From: an uncultured Acidobacteriota bacterium
Lineage (GTDB): Bacteria; Acidobacteriota; JAQAZP01
Direction: 5' to 3'
Length of the DNA: 64,000 bases
Assembly: GCA_963836075.1 (NCBI GenBank)
Contig: CAWIIB010000009.1
Location: 1,952,001-2,016,000 of the forward strand
Position 1 is the first letter of the stretch; each line of letters opens with the position of its first letter. Positions 21,952-32,550 of this stretch are shown here, one piece after another. The notes under the pieces were generated by a model. That model searched no databases, had not been told where the DNA came from, and saw only the letters and a list, made by a program, of their open reading frames with translations. Position numbers and translations under genes: made by a program.

Positions 21952-24429
21952 ATGTTTCGAGTCCTGACCGTGGTCACCGTTGTGGTATTGATGATGGCGC
22001 CCTTCGCCGGAGCCGCCGATCACACCGAGCAATCGAAAACCGGTTGGCAGACTCCTCCCGAAGAGGTGATGGAGGTCCTCCACGCGCCCCAGCTTCCGCG
22101 GGTCTGGACCTCACCCACGGGAGAGTATCTGCTGCTGGCTGATCCCATCTCCTATCCTCCGCTGGCTGAAATGGCCGGACCGATGCACGTGCTGGCCGGC
22201 ATGCGGGTGGATCCCGTGACCAACAACACCCACGGACGGCACGGGGCCATCTCCCCGCGCCTGGTCAAGGTGGAGGGGGGCGCCGAGACGCCTCTTGGTC
22301 TGCCGGGAGACGTGGAGGTGCATTCGGTGAACTGGTCTGCGGACGGCCAACGCTTCGCCCTCACCACCAGGCATGCCGACCACATGGGTCTTTGGGTCGG
22401 CTCGATAGATGGCGTCCTGACCAAAATCGAGAACGTGGCCATCAACCAGCTCCTGGACACCGGCGTGCGCTGGCTGCCTGACCAGCAGCGGCTGCTGGTG
22501 CGCCGCATCCCCAAGCGCGGGTCACCGCCCCAGCCGCCGGCCATCCCGGCTGGGCCCGAGATCCAGGAGGGTGAGGGAGCCACAGCCCGCTCCACCTATG
22601 AATCGCGTAACCTGCTGGAGACCGCTCACGACGACGCCCTCTTCGACTATTACGCCACCTCGGAACTGGTGATCGTTGACCCGGCCAAGGGCACGGTGAA
22701 AATCCTGGGCAAGCCCGCGGTCTATACCTCCTCCGATTTCTCTCCCGACGGCTCCTACCTGCTGGTGGAGCGCCTGGTGGGCCCCTGGTCTCATGCGGTG
22801 CCCTGGTGGCGTTTTGCAAGTGAGCTGGAGGTCTGGGACACGAATGCCAGGCCCGTGGCCACCATCGCCTCCCTGCCCCTGGCCGATCAGGTGCCGATCC
22901 ATGGTGTGGCCCTGGGGCCGCGGGGCGCCTCCTGGCGTGCGACGGCACCGCACACGCTTTACTGGGTCGAGGCGTTGGACGGCGGCAACCCCGTGGCCGA
23001 GGTCGACCACCGCGACCGGCTGATGCGCCTGGACGCACCGTTCAACGGGGAGCCGGAGGAGGTCTTCCGGGCCAAACACCGTATCGTGAGCTCGATGGGC
23101 GGGTGGGGCGCCGAAGGCGGCACGCTGATGCTCACCGAGCGCGAGCGGATCCGCCGCTGGCGCTACACCTGGCTGCTCGACGTGGACAAGGGCACTTCGC
23201 GCCTCTGGTTCGAGCTCAACGAAAGCGACCGCTACAACTCGCCCGGCTACCCCGAGAGCCGTCCCCTGCCCAATGGCCGGTGGGTGCTGCACCAGAAGGG
23301 CGATGCGGTCTACTTTTCCGGCAGCGGCGCCACCGAGGACGGGGACCGGCCGTTCCTCGACCTGCGCCACATGGAGACCGGGGAGGTCCAGCGGCTCTGG
23401 CGCTGCCGGCCGGACCGCTACGAGTACTTCCAGGCCTTTGCCGGTGACGAGGACCGCTTTGTCATGCGCTCCGAATCCGCCGTGGACGTGCCCAACTACT
23501 ACCTGGCCACCCTGGGGAAGACCATCGAGGCCGCCGAGGGCGAGGCCACCCGGGCCCTCACCCGGAAGCCGATCACCCGCTTCAAGGACCCCACGCCCCA
23601 GCTGCGCCAGATCGAAAAGCGCCTCGTCCGCTACGAGCGGGAAGACGGCGTGCCGCTCAGCTTCCAGTTGCACCTCCCGCCCGGCTACCAGGAGGGCACG
23701 CGGCTGCCCACGGTGCTCTATGCCTACCCCATGGAGTACTCCGACCCGGCCACCGCCGGGCAGGTGCGCGGGTCGACCCGGCGCTTCAGCAGGATGTACG
23801 GCTCCTCGCACCTCTTCTTCCTGCTCCAGGGGTATGCCGTGCTCGACAGTACGGCCATGCCGATGATCGGGGATCCCGAGACCACTTACGACACCTTCGT
23901 GCCCCAGCTGGTGGCCGACGCGGAGGCGGCGGTGGCCAAGGCCGTGGAGATCGGGGTGACCGATCCCCGGCGCATCGGCGTCATCGGTCACAGCCACGGC
24001 GGGCTGATGGTGGGCAACCTGCTGGCCCACACCGACCTGTTCACTGCCGGCATTGCCCGCAGCGGCTCATACAACAAGACCACCCAGCCCTTCGGCTTCC
24101 AGTCCGAGCGGCGTTCCCTCTTCGAGGCCCGGGACGTCTACATCCAGGTCTCGCCAACGTTTTTTGCGGACAAGGTCAACGAGCCGGTGCTGGTGATCCA
24201 CGGCAACGCCGATTCCAACCCGGGCACGCTCACCTTCCAGTCCGAGGTCTTCTTCGAGGCCGTGCGCGGCTCGGGCGGCACCGCCCGCCTGGTGCTGCTG
24301 CCCTTCGAGGATCACGGCTACCGGTCACGGGAGAGCATCGAGCACGTCCTCTGGGAGCAGATCCAGTGGTTCGACAGATACGTGAAGAACGCCGAACCCG
24401 AAACGCCTCCAGCTGCCGAGGAGCCGTGA
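21952..24429 (+). CDS. S9-family serine peptidase (glutamyl endopeptidase-like), secreted
   Basis: GHSHGG nucleophile, HGxAD and EDHGY motifs; propeller plus hydrolase size; AGGAGG RBS. Confidence 0.9.
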   Translation: MFRVLTVVTVVVLMMAPFAGAADHTEQSKTGWQTPPEEVMEVLHAPQLPRVWTSPTGEYLLLADPISYPPLAEMAGPMHVLAGMRVDPVTNNTHGRHGAISPRLVKVEGGAETPLGLPGDVEVHSVNWSADGQRFALTTRHADHMGLWVGSIDGVLTKIENVAINQLLDTGVRWLPDQQRLLVRRIPKRGSPPQPPAIPAGPEIQEGEGATARSTYESRNLLETAHDDALFDYYATSELVIVDPAKGTVKILGKPAVYTSSDFSPDGSYLLVERLVGPWSHAVPWWRFASELEVWDTNARPVATIASLPLADQVPIHGVALGPRGASWRATAPHTLYWVEALDGGNPVAEVDHRDRLMRLDAPFNGEPEEVFRAKHRIVSSMGGWGAEGGTLMLTERERIRRWRYTWLLDVDKGTSRLWFELNESDRYNSPGYPESRPLPNGRWVLHQKGDAVYFSGSGATEDGDRPFLDLRHMETGEVQRLWRCRPDRYEYFQAFAGDEDRFVMRSESAVDVPNYYLATLGKTIEAAEGEATRALTRKPITRFKDPTPQLRQIEKRLVRYEREDGVPLSFQLHLPPGYQEGTRLPTVLYAYPMEYSDPATAGQVRGSTRRFSRMYGSSHLFFLLQGYAVLDSTAMPMIGDPETTYDTFVPQLVADAEAAVAKAVEIGVTDPRRIGVIGHSHGGLMVGNLLAHTDLFTAGIARSGSYNKTTQPFGFQSERRSLFEARDVYIQVSPTFFADKVNEPVLVIHGNADSNPGTLTFQSEVFFEAVRGSGGTARLVLLPFEDHGYRSRESIEHVLWEQIQWFDRYVKNAEPETPPAAEEP

Positions 24430-24446
24430 GGAGGTGACATCCTCCC

Positions 24447-25442
24447 ATGAAGACGTATTTCAATGATTTCTGGGGGCTGCAAAGCCCCCACGTTTTTTTG
24501 CGCTACAGCACGCCGGCCAAACTGCTCAACCTGTGCCGATCGGTGCTGCAGCTGAAACTGCGCCGGTGGAATGTAACGGCCCACCCGTTCAAACTCGTTG
24601 TGGACATCACCAACGCGTGCAACCTGAGATGCCCCCACTGTCCCACCGGCAAACAGGTGAAGGGCCGTCCCAAAGGCTTCATGGAGCTGGCGAGGTTTAA
24701 CCAGATTCTCGATCAGCTTGGTGACTACGTCTATCTCATCGACCTGTTCAACTGGGGCGAGTCATTCCTGAACAGGGACATTTTCAAAATGATATCCATG
24801 GCCGAGCAGAGGAAGGTCTGTACCAGAATCCACACCAGTTTGAATATCCGGCTGAGTGAAGAAAAGCTGGAGGATCTGCTCCATTCGAAATTGACCTATT
24901 TGTCCGTTTCACTGGATGGCGCCGACCAGGAGACGTACGCCCACTACCGCAAGGGCGGAGACCTGGCGCTGGCCCTGGACCATGCCCGGAGGATCATCGA
25001 GCGCAGGAAACAAACGGGGCGACGCAAGCCGCACCTCACCTGGCAGTTTCTTGTTTTCCCCCACAACCGGCACCAGGTCGAGGATGCACGTCAATTGTCG
25101 GAGGAAATCGGTTTCGATCGCTTCGTCACCATGCCGGGCATCACCAGTCGTGAGATGCAGGATGCGGAGAGTGACCCGCCGGGAGGAGTCTGTGACTGGC
25201 TCTGGACCACGGCCACCTTTCACTGGGACGGCAGGATCGGCCCCTGCTGCCGGCAGTTCATGGCCCGGGATGATTTTGGCGTTCTGGGGGATGGTGATTT
25301 CATGTTGGTCTGGAATAGCGAAAAATTCCAGTACGCCCGCAGCCTGTTTTCCAAGCGGCCTCTGATTCGTCAGAACATATTGTGCAATCACTGCTACAAA
25401 GTGTTCGGCGTCAATCAGCCATTAATCACATTGAGGCGCTGA
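24447..25442 (+). CDS. Radical SAM protein with SPASM/twitch domain
   Basis: CNLRCPHC, NWGE, CDWLW...GRIGPCC...CNHC. Confidence 0.88.
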   Translation: MKTYFNDFWGLQSPHVFLRYSTPAKLLNLCRSVLQLKLRRWNVTAHPFKLVVDITNACNLRCPHCPTGKQVKGRPKGFMELARFNQILDQLGDYVYLIDLFNWGESFLNRDIFKMISMAEQRKVCTRIHTSLNIRLSEEKLEDLLHSKLTYLSVSLDGADQETYAHYRKGGDLALALDHARRIIERRKQTGRRKPHLTWQFLVFPHNRHQVEDARQLSEEIGFDRFVTMPGITSREMQDAESDPPGGVCDWLWTTATFHWDGRIGPCCRQFMARDDFGVLGDGDFMLVWNSEKFQYARSLFSKRPLIRQNILCNHCYKVFGVNQPLITLRR

Positions 25443-25621
25443 TGAGCATTCCTTATCAACCAACCGGAGACAACACTTGACGTTCAGGCGGGAAAAACCT
25501 ATTCATATAACAAGACTTTTTTCTTAAATGACTCCGGGAAGTTCTCGATAAATTGAATCAACCTTTATCTGCGCGATGGGATGAGTATCCCGTTTGTCAG
25601 AAAACCTTGGGGAGAGCACCA

Positions 25622-28600
25622 ATGGGAAAGCAGCATGACAATTTCAGAGGGCGGATCTGGATCATAGTGATAACACTGATGCTCATCTTTGGTTCATTGG
25701 GGAGTCCAGCAGCTTATGCCGGATCCAATCAAATAGAGCTCAGCATAACGCCGGGTGACTATGACATCCTGGTGGACGATGAAGGCTTCCACTATATTTC
25801 CATGCTTGCCCCGGGATACGGAGTAGTGGGTTCACCCGGAGACCCTGTTCTTCCGGAGCGCATCCTGGAAATTGATGCTCCCGAGAATATTGATTGGTCC
25901 AGTGTTGTCTTGACAGTGAACATCGTCGGATCGGAAGTTCTTGCCGGACCATACAACATCCGCCCCACGGATCCTGATCGAGCGGTGATTGCCGCCGATG
26001 ATCCGGCGGACAACATAGAAATTACCGACTGGGGCGTCAACAAATCGATCGTGGACGGTCGGAACGTTTACGTTTACGGCAACGATGCCGACTATCCGGA
26101 AGACACGGTGGTGATGATCCCCCACACCCAGGGGAAAAGGCCATCGGATGTCGGAGGGTTTGTGGAGCTGGAATATCTGCGTCTGGCCTACCGGCCGTTT
26201 TTGTACAATCCGGTCAGCCAGGAATTGCTGCTGCTGCAGTTGGTGGATATCGTTATCACCTATGAGGTCGAGGATGGGTTCTCCACTCCGGCCAAAAAGA
26301 AAAAACGCAGCGCTGACTATGTGATCGTCACCAGCAATGACATCGTGGCTAACAGCCAGCGGCTGGATAATTTCATTTACCTCAAGGAGCAGCTCTACGG
26401 TCACAGCGTCCTGGTGGTAACCGAAGATGACTTCGGACCCCTCACCGGTCAACAACCCAATGGAACAGCGGAAAAGATACGTGAATGGTTGATCCAGAAT
26501 TATGTCTCGAGCGGGATCGACTATGTTCTGTTGATCGGCGACCCCGATCCTGACGATCCATTCGACCCGGGGGATACCGTCGGTGATATCCCGATGAAGG
26601 ACTGCACACCGTTCTATTTCAGCTGGCAGTACCGGGATTGCCCCACGGATTGGTTTTATGCCGACCTCACCGGCAACTGGGACCTTGACGGTGACGGTTA
26701 CTTTGCCGAATCCATGGATATCAACGCCCCGCAAAGCCCTGAATGGCCGACGATCAATACCGATTACTTCGCCATCCGTTGGGATGGCTACATGCACTGT
26801 GATTTCACCGAGGAGTATGAATTCCATACCTTCAGCGATGGGGGTGTCAGGCTTTACATCGACGGGGACCTGGTCATCGATAACTGGGATGACAACCTGG
26901 AGCATCCCCCAACCAATGACTACGCGCAGCTGAATATGACCGAAGGAGATCATGAACTTCGCGTTGACTACAAGGAGCACACCAAAGACGCGATCATCGC
27001 ACTCTTTTGGAAAACGACGGTACCGAAGACTGATCCCAACTACCTCGAGCACCAGGTGATTCCGCTTGATCATCTGAAAGATGAGACGAATTCGTCCCCG
27101 GGGCTTACCGGGCGCTACTACAACAACATCTGGTTTTCGGGTGATCCCGACCTGGTGCGCCCGGACGGGGAGATCGTCAACTATGTCTGGGGCATCGGTG
27201 ACCTGGGACCAGGCGGGCCGGATACGGGCGCCGAACTGTTCGTGGGGAGAATTCCGGTTTACGGAAGCGACTACGCACAGCTCGATGCAATCCTGGACAA
27301 GATCATCCTCTATGAAACGGCTCAGCCGGGGGACATTTCCTGGAGATCGTCGGTCCTGCTGCCCATGGAACCGATGAGCGCAACCGTGGAGTGCTACCAA
27401 CTGGGCGAAAAAATCAAGAATGACATCGCCATACCGCTGTCTTTCGACTACTACCGGATCTATGAGGAAGATTACGGGGTCGGGCCGGAAATGACCCCGT
27501 GCAACTATGACAATGTCAGAAATGAATGGCCCAACGGCTACGGGCTGACCTCGTGGGCGACCCATGGCAACATCGCTGTCGCCGTCGATATTTTCAGGTC
27601 TGAATATGCGCCTGAACTGGACGACTCCAGACCGGCCTTCACCTGCCAGGCCTCATGCCTCACCGGTTATCCTGAAAGCGACAACAACCTGGCATATGCA
27701 CTGCTCAAAAATGGAGCGATCGCAACGGTGGCAGGCACGCGGGTCACCATCTATGGCGGCGAATGGGAAGCATACGACCCGACATCGGGCAGATACGCCC
27801 CGTTCAGTTTCTTCTACACGAAAGGACTCACCCTGGACGGGTTTCCCGCGGGCGCCGCGCTGGCCCAGCAGAAAGCGCCAATCGCGTATGCCACCCAGAA
27901 CGAGTTGAGTTTCAATCTCTACGGCGACCCGGAATGCTACCTGCTCTATACGGTTCCCAATTCACCGCCGGTTGCGGACGCTGGAGGTCCCTACACGGAA
28001 AACGAGGGAACCGCGGTGATCCTGGATGCCGGCAACTCCTTTGACCCTGATGGCGGCGACCTCGAGTATCGATGGGACGTGGAAAATGACGGAATCTGGG
28101 ATACTTCGTGGTCCGCAAGCCCGACCCACTCGCATACGTGGTGTGACGACCACACCGGTACGGTGAAAGTGGAGGTGCGTGACCCGTTGGGGTTGACCGA
28201 CGAGGACACGGCAAGCGTGACCATCCTCAATGTGCCGCCGGTTGTTGATGCCGGCCCGGATCAGAATGCCGATGAAGGTCAGCTTGTCTATTTTTCCGGC
28301 AGCTTCTTCGACCCGGGATGTGACACCCACATCACTCATTGGGATTTCGGTGACGGGACCTTTGATTCCGGATCCCTGACCACAACCCATGCTTACGGTG
28401 ACAACGGGGTATACACCGTTACGCTCACCGTAACCGACGATGATGCGGGCGTGGGGACCGATACCCTGGTGGTGACAGTGGCCAACGTCGACCCAACAAT
28501 CACCGACATGCTATTGGACCAGCCGAACCAGCAATTTATCCTGCCCCATGTTCACGACCTGACGTTTACCGGGCTTTTTACCGATCCGGGGTGGCTTGAC

Positions 28601-29107
28601 ACCCACACGGGGACCTGGGACTTTGGCGACGGCACGATCATCCCCGGTATCGTTACGGAGGAAAATATCGAACCCGACGCAACCGGAACGATCACCGGGG
28701 ACCATGTCTACACGGCGCCTGGAGACTACACGGTGACCGTGACCCTTCTGGATGATGACGGAGGAATGGACAGCGAGACCATGCCGGTCACTGTGGTGGA
28801 TGAATTCGGCGCCCTGGAAGACATCCGTGAATATATCATGGACCTTCCGGACAGTGCATTCGTGAACAATCCGGACAGAAGGAAAAACGCGCTGGATAAC
28901 AAGCTGAACGCGATCCGCTCGATGCTGGAGGGCAAGAACTATCACGGAGCGATTCAAAAACTGATTAAGGATATCCGTTCAACGGCAGATGGCTCCGTCG
29001 ATGGGAATCCAAACAACGACTGGATAACAGACCCGGAGGCACAGGTACACATCTGCATGAAAATAGATGATCTGGTGGCCTATCTGGAACTGTTGATGCA
29101 ACTGTAA
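25622..29107 (+). CDS. Gingipain-like C25 cysteine peptidase with propeptide, inserted PA14 domain and PKD repeats
   Basis: PGDPVLP propeptide, YVLLIGD, VGRIP, THG and ASC catalytic dyad, NLYGDP; PA14 RWDG...SDGGVRLYIDG; WDFGDG PKD motifs. Confidence 0.85.
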   Translation: MGKQHDNFRGRIWIIVITLMLIFGSLGSPAAYAGSNQIELSITPGDYDILVDDEGFHYISMLAPGYGVVGSPGDPVLPERILEIDAPENIDWSSVVLTVNIVGSEVLAGPYNIRPTDPDRAVIAADDPADNIEITDWGVNKSIVDGRNVYVYGNDADYPEDTVVMIPHTQGKRPSDVGGFVELEYLRLAYRPFLYNPVSQELLLLQLVDIVITYEVEDGFSTPAKKKKRSADYVIVTSNDIVANSQRLDNFIYLKEQLYGHSVLVVTEDDFGPLTGQQPNGTAEKIREWLIQNYVSSGIDYVLLIGDPDPDDPFDPGDTVGDIPMKDCTPFYFSWQYRDCPTDWFYADLTGNWDLDGDGYFAESMDINAPQSPEWPTINTDYFAIRWDGYMHCDFTEEYEFHTFSDGGVRLYIDGDLVIDNWDDNLEHPPTNDYAQLNMTEGDHELRVDYKEHTKDAIIALFWKTTVPKTDPNYLEHQVIPLDHLKDETNSSPGLTGRYYNNIWFSGDPDLVRPDGEIVNYVWGIGDLGPGGPDTGAELFVGRIPVYGSDYAQLDAILDKIILYETAQPGDISWRSSVLLPMEPMSATVECYQLGEKIKNDIAIPLSFDYYRIYEEDYGVGPEMTPCNYDNVRNEWPNGYGLTSWATHGNIAVAVDIFRSEYAPELDDSRPAFTCQASCLTGYPESDNNLAYALLKNGAIATVAGTRVTIYGGEWEAYDPTSGRYAPFSFFYTKGLTLDGFPAGAALAQQKAPIAYATQNELSFNLYGDPECYLLYTVPNSPPVADAGGPYTENEGTAVILDAGNSFDPDGGDLEYRWDVENDGIWDTSWSASPTHSHTWCDDHTGTVKVEVRDPLGLTDEDTASVTILNVPPVVDAGPDQNADEGQLVYFSGSFFDPGCDTHITHWDFGDGTFDSGSLTTTHAYGDNGVYTVTLTVTDDDAGVGTDTLVVTVANVDPTITDMLLDQPNQQFILPHVHDLTFTGLFTDPGWLDTHTGTWDFGDGTIIPGIVTEENIEPDATGTITGDHVYTAPGDYTVTVTLLDDDGGMDSETMPVTVVDEFGALEDIREYIMDLPDSAFVNNPDRRKNALDNKLNAIRSMLEGKNYHGAIQKLIKDIRSTADGSVDGNPNNDWITDPEAQVHICMKIDDLVAYLELLMQL

Positions 29108-29167
29108 GCGGGATATAGCTTCACCACGGGTGCTGTCCTTGCCCCCGGCAAGGCGCTGGGATACGAG

Positions 29168-29203
29168 AAGGTGGACGGCGGCTCAATGCTGCCGTCCACC
29201 TTT
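29168..29203. terminator. Bidirectional terminator
   Basis: 15-bp stem AAGGTGGACGGCGGC/GCTGCCGTCCACCTT between convergent genes. Confidence 0.75.
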
Positions 29204-29221
29204 ACTGGTTGCCTCATCCCC

Positions 29222-31006
29222 TCATGGTGCAATGGCGGTGACCGTCACGTTCGCACTGTCCGTATCTCCTGACGGCATATAGGGCGGCTGGTTGTACGGC
29301 GCCTGGGTCACGTCTTCCAGCTCCAGGGTGAAGCCGTTGTGCCCGATCATCGAGCTGATGGCGGGGATGGTGCTGTACCAGGACACGTTGAAAGCTTCCC
29401 CCGGCGAAAGCGTGGTGGATCCCGCACGCCAGTTGTTGACCTGTGAGCCGTTGGCCAGCAGGATGTTCATCCGCCCCGCCACCCGCCGGAACTGGTCGTC
29501 CAGCAGGTTGTACATCGTGGCCCGGAACCGGGTGCTGAAGGGCGCCGTGCCCGAGCAGGGCAGGCAGCCCAGGGCGGCGTTGATGGTTCCCAGGCCGCCG
29601 AGAAAGCCGTTGGCGTCGACCCACTGGGCGTAGATGTCCGTATCGACTCCAGAGCGTTCGTCGGACCAGGTGATGATCGCTCCACCCGACCCGTCACTGG
29701 CCACCCTGGACCAGTATTGGTCTTCGACTGCACTGCAGATCGGGATGCCGTTGGCGGCCCAGTGGGTGTTGCCGAACCAGTCCACGTGCTGGGCGTAGAT
29801 GTCCAGTGCGCCTGACGTGAAGCGATCGTCCGTCCAGGAGATGATTACGCCGTCGTTTTCATTCCGTGCGATAGACGGGTCAGATTGGTCATTGAATGCG
29901 CCGCAGACCTGGATCCCCCCTGCGAGCCAGCGCTGCCCGCCGTTGGTGTTGATCCTTTGTGCGTAAATGTCAGCATCCCCGTTGCGGTTGTCCAGCCAGG
30001 CGAAGACCGCTCCACCAGTGTCATCCGGAACCACTTCGATATATTGGCCGTTGTCATTGGCCGCACTTACCGGTACCCCGTCCACAGCCCACTGAACGGT
30101 CCCGTCCGTGCCGATCTTTTGCGCGTAGACTCTGTATTCCAGCGGAACGGGATCGCCCACCCAGCCGATGATTGCTCCACCGGTGCTCGCGCTGACGATC
30201 CGGTGCCATTGCTGGTCTCCCGCGGCGGTACAGATCGCCACGCCGCCGGCCGTCCACTGGGGCACACCGGAACCGTCGATCCGCTGGGCATAGATGTCGT
30301 AATTCGAGGCGCGATTGTCTACCCAGGTGATGATGGCGCCCCCGGCCCCGTCGTTTGTCAGCAAAGGGTCGTATTGGCCCTCGGCTTCCGTGCAGATCGG
30401 AACACCGTCGGTTGTCCATTGAACCACTCCGAAGCGGTCCACCCGCTGAACATAGATGTCGCGGTCGTTGGTTTCGTTGTCGCGTGAGTCATCCCAGGCG
30501 ATGATCGCGCCACCGGCACCATCGCTTATCAGCCTTGGATCATACTGGATTGACCCAGCCGAGCAGATCGCCACGCCGTCGGCGGTCCAGAGAAGCATTC
30601 CGCCGGCGCTCACTCGCTGGGCATAGATATCGGCAGGGGACGTCGGCCCACCATACCAGGTGATGATCGCACCGCCGGTGCCGTCGCTCACCAGAGCCAT
30701 CTCGTAGTTGATGTAGCCTGCGTTATAGATCGAGACACCGTCTGGGGCCCACAACTCATTCCCCTCGGAGTCCAGTCGCTGGGCAAAGATCTCACAGTCC
30801 AACCCTGATCCGAAGCGCTCGTCCCGCCAGCAGAGGATCGTGCCGCCGGCCCCGTCACCGATGCTCCACATGTATTTCTGGTCCCCGATCTCGGTGCAGA
30901 CCGGGGTGTTCACGGTGGGGTCCTGGGACCAGGCCGCAACCGCCGGCACTGCGCACATACCGGTAAGGATGACGATGATGATCATTGTGATGGCATTGAG
31001 TTTCAC
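29222..31006 (-). CDS. Secreted beta-propeller repeat protein with C-terminal module A
   Basis: About 7 repeats of DGxGGAIIxWxDxR...DIYAQR; GGAGGAG RBS before GTG; ends PYNQPPY...TAIAP. Confidence 0.8.
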   Translation of the reverse strand: MKLNAITMIIIVILTGMCAVPAVAAWSQDPTVNTPVCTEIGDQKYMWSIGDGAGGTILCWRDERFGSGLDCEIFAQRLDSEGNELWAPDGVSIYNAGYINYEMALVSDGTGGAIITWYGGPTSPADIYAQRVSAGGMLLWTADGVAICSAGSIQYDPRLISDGAGGAIIAWDDSRDNETNDRDIYVQRVDRFGVVQWTTDGVPICTEAEGQYDPLLTNDGAGGAIITWVDNRASNYDIYAQRIDGSGVPQWTAGGVAICTAAGDQQWHRIVSASTGGAIIGWVGDPVPLEYRVYAQKIGTDGTVQWAVDGVPVSAANDNGQYIEVVPDDTGGAVFAWLDNRNGDADIYAQRINTNGGQRWLAGGIQVCGAFNDQSDPSIARNENDGVIISWTDDRFTSGALDIYAQHVDWFGNTHWAANGIPICSAVEDQYWSRVASDGSGGAIITWSDERSGVDTDIYAQWVDANGFLGGLGTINAALGCLPCSGTAPFSTRFRATMYNLLDDQFRRVAGRMNILLANGSQVNNWRAGSTTLSPGEAFNVSWYSTIPAISSMIGHNGFTLELEDVTQAPYNQPPYMPSGDTDSANVTVTAIAP

Positions 31007-31241
31007 TGCTGGCTCCTCCCTTGATAGAGCATATAAAGGCATGGGCGGTGAGTCCCGAAGAACCGGGATCATTGCCCCTCATACAGATAAGCGACATGGA
31101 GGTGAAAATCCGGACAGGGGATTTTGTGGTTGGATATCAGCCCGGCATTCAGGCCGCTGCCTTTTCTTTCAATATAGGGGTACGTTACGGTAGGAGGCCA
31201 GTGAAAAACCTGCAAATCAGCAGTGTCTGAGAAGCGAATTG

Positions 31242-32534
31242 ATGAAATTCAATGCTTTCCAAAAAAATGTTCTTTTGATCATTATTGTGCTCGGTTTAGC
31301 TCAGGGCCTGTTTTATGCCTGGAATGTGGTGATGACCTCGGACCAGGAGCAGCTGCTGGCCAAGGGCATCAAGCTGGCCTTCTTCGGCCAGTGGGAGCAC
31401 TACGGCAATTTGATCACCAGCGGCGGCAATGTCCCGGGCAGCCTGACCACCTCACTGGTCGGGCTGCCGCTGATGCTGGTGGACAGCCCCATGTCCCCCC
31501 AGGTTCTGGTGGGCCTGCTGCAGCTGGCGAGTCTTCTCCTGTTGATCGGGGCCCTGAAAGGGACATTCACGCCGCTGCAGATCATCGTCTTTGCGGGCCT
31601 GTTCTGGCTTTCGCCCTGGCGGGTCTCAAAAGCGATCCTCTGGAACCCCTCCTGGCTCTTCCTGGCCACGGCGCTTCACCTTTACACCTTTGACCGGCTG
31701 GTCAAGAAACCGAAATCATTCTGGATGAGCTTTCTGCATATCCTGGCCATCGGCTATGCGTTCGAGCTGCACCCGTCAGCGTTGCTGCTGGCGATCATGA
31801 GCGGCTTCCTCTACCTGCGGAAGGTCTTTCGCGTCAACTGGCCAGCGGTTGGCCTGGCCATAATTCTCATCCTGATCTCGCTGGTCCCCTGGTTCATGAC
31901 CCTGCAGGGCAACGAGAGCCTGGCCCCGCTGGTTGATGAGGGGCTGGGGAACTTCCACTACGGCTTCGGATTGACCCACCCCTTTTCACTGCTCAAGGGG
32001 GTGATGTACTGGCCGCGTTACACGTCGTTCGTTTTCCCGCATTTCATTTTCTCCAATCTCGACTATTCCCGGTTCGGCGGGGCGGGGATGCAGGGCGCGG
32101 TGAGAAACGGGTTCGATTCCCTGCGCTGGCTGCTGGGCGGTATCAGCATTTTCTTTTGTCTGTGGGGATTCGGCTGGCAACTGCGGAGGATCTGGCAGCA
32201 GAGGTTCAAGTGTCCCGCACCACTGGAGAACTACATCCTGGCTGGCCTGATCGCCATGGTGCTGCTGGTGGTGCTCAGCCCTGCCGAACTGAGCCACTGG
32301 CATCTCTACCTGCTGTTGCCGGTGGCCAATATCGCCTTTTGCCGGTTTCTGTTCCAGCGGTTCCACTGGCTGGCGGCCGGCACGGCCCGGGCACTGTTCA
32401 TTACAGTGATGATCTACTTCATCCTATTCAACGTCATGGCCAATTTCATTGCGCCGAACTACTACTCGCCCACGTTCAATATGCGAACCGAGTATGCCGC
32501 CACCAAGGCGTCCTTCGGGGTGGTTGGGGACTAG
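31242..32534 (+). CDS. Polytopic membrane protein, probable GT-C fold glycosyltransferase
   Basis: About 10 hydrophobic segments, N-terminal SDQE loop, LWNPSW motif. Confidence 0.55.
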   Translation: MKFNAFQKNVLLIIIVLGLAQGLFYAWNVVMTSDQEQLLAKGIKLAFFGQWEHYGNLITSGGNVPGSLTTSLVGLPLMLVDSPMSPQVLVGLLQLASLLLLIGALKGTFTPLQIIVFAGLFWLSPWRVSKAILWNPSWLFLATALHLYTFDRLVKKPKSFWMSFLHILAIGYAFELHPSALLLAIMSGFLYLRKVFRVNWPAVGLAIILILISLVPWFMTLQGNESLAPLVDEGLGNFHYGFGLTHPFSLLKGVMYWPRYTSFVFPHFIFSNLDYSRFGGAGMQGAVRNGFDSLRWLLGGISIFFCLWGFGWQLRRIWQQRFKCPAPLENYILAGLIAMVLLVVLSPAELSHWHLYLLLPVANIAFCRFLFQRFHWLAAGTARALFITVMIYFILFNVMANFIAPNYYSPTFNMRTEYAATKASFGVVGD

Positions 32535-32550
32535 CCGCTGCGGTGATGTT

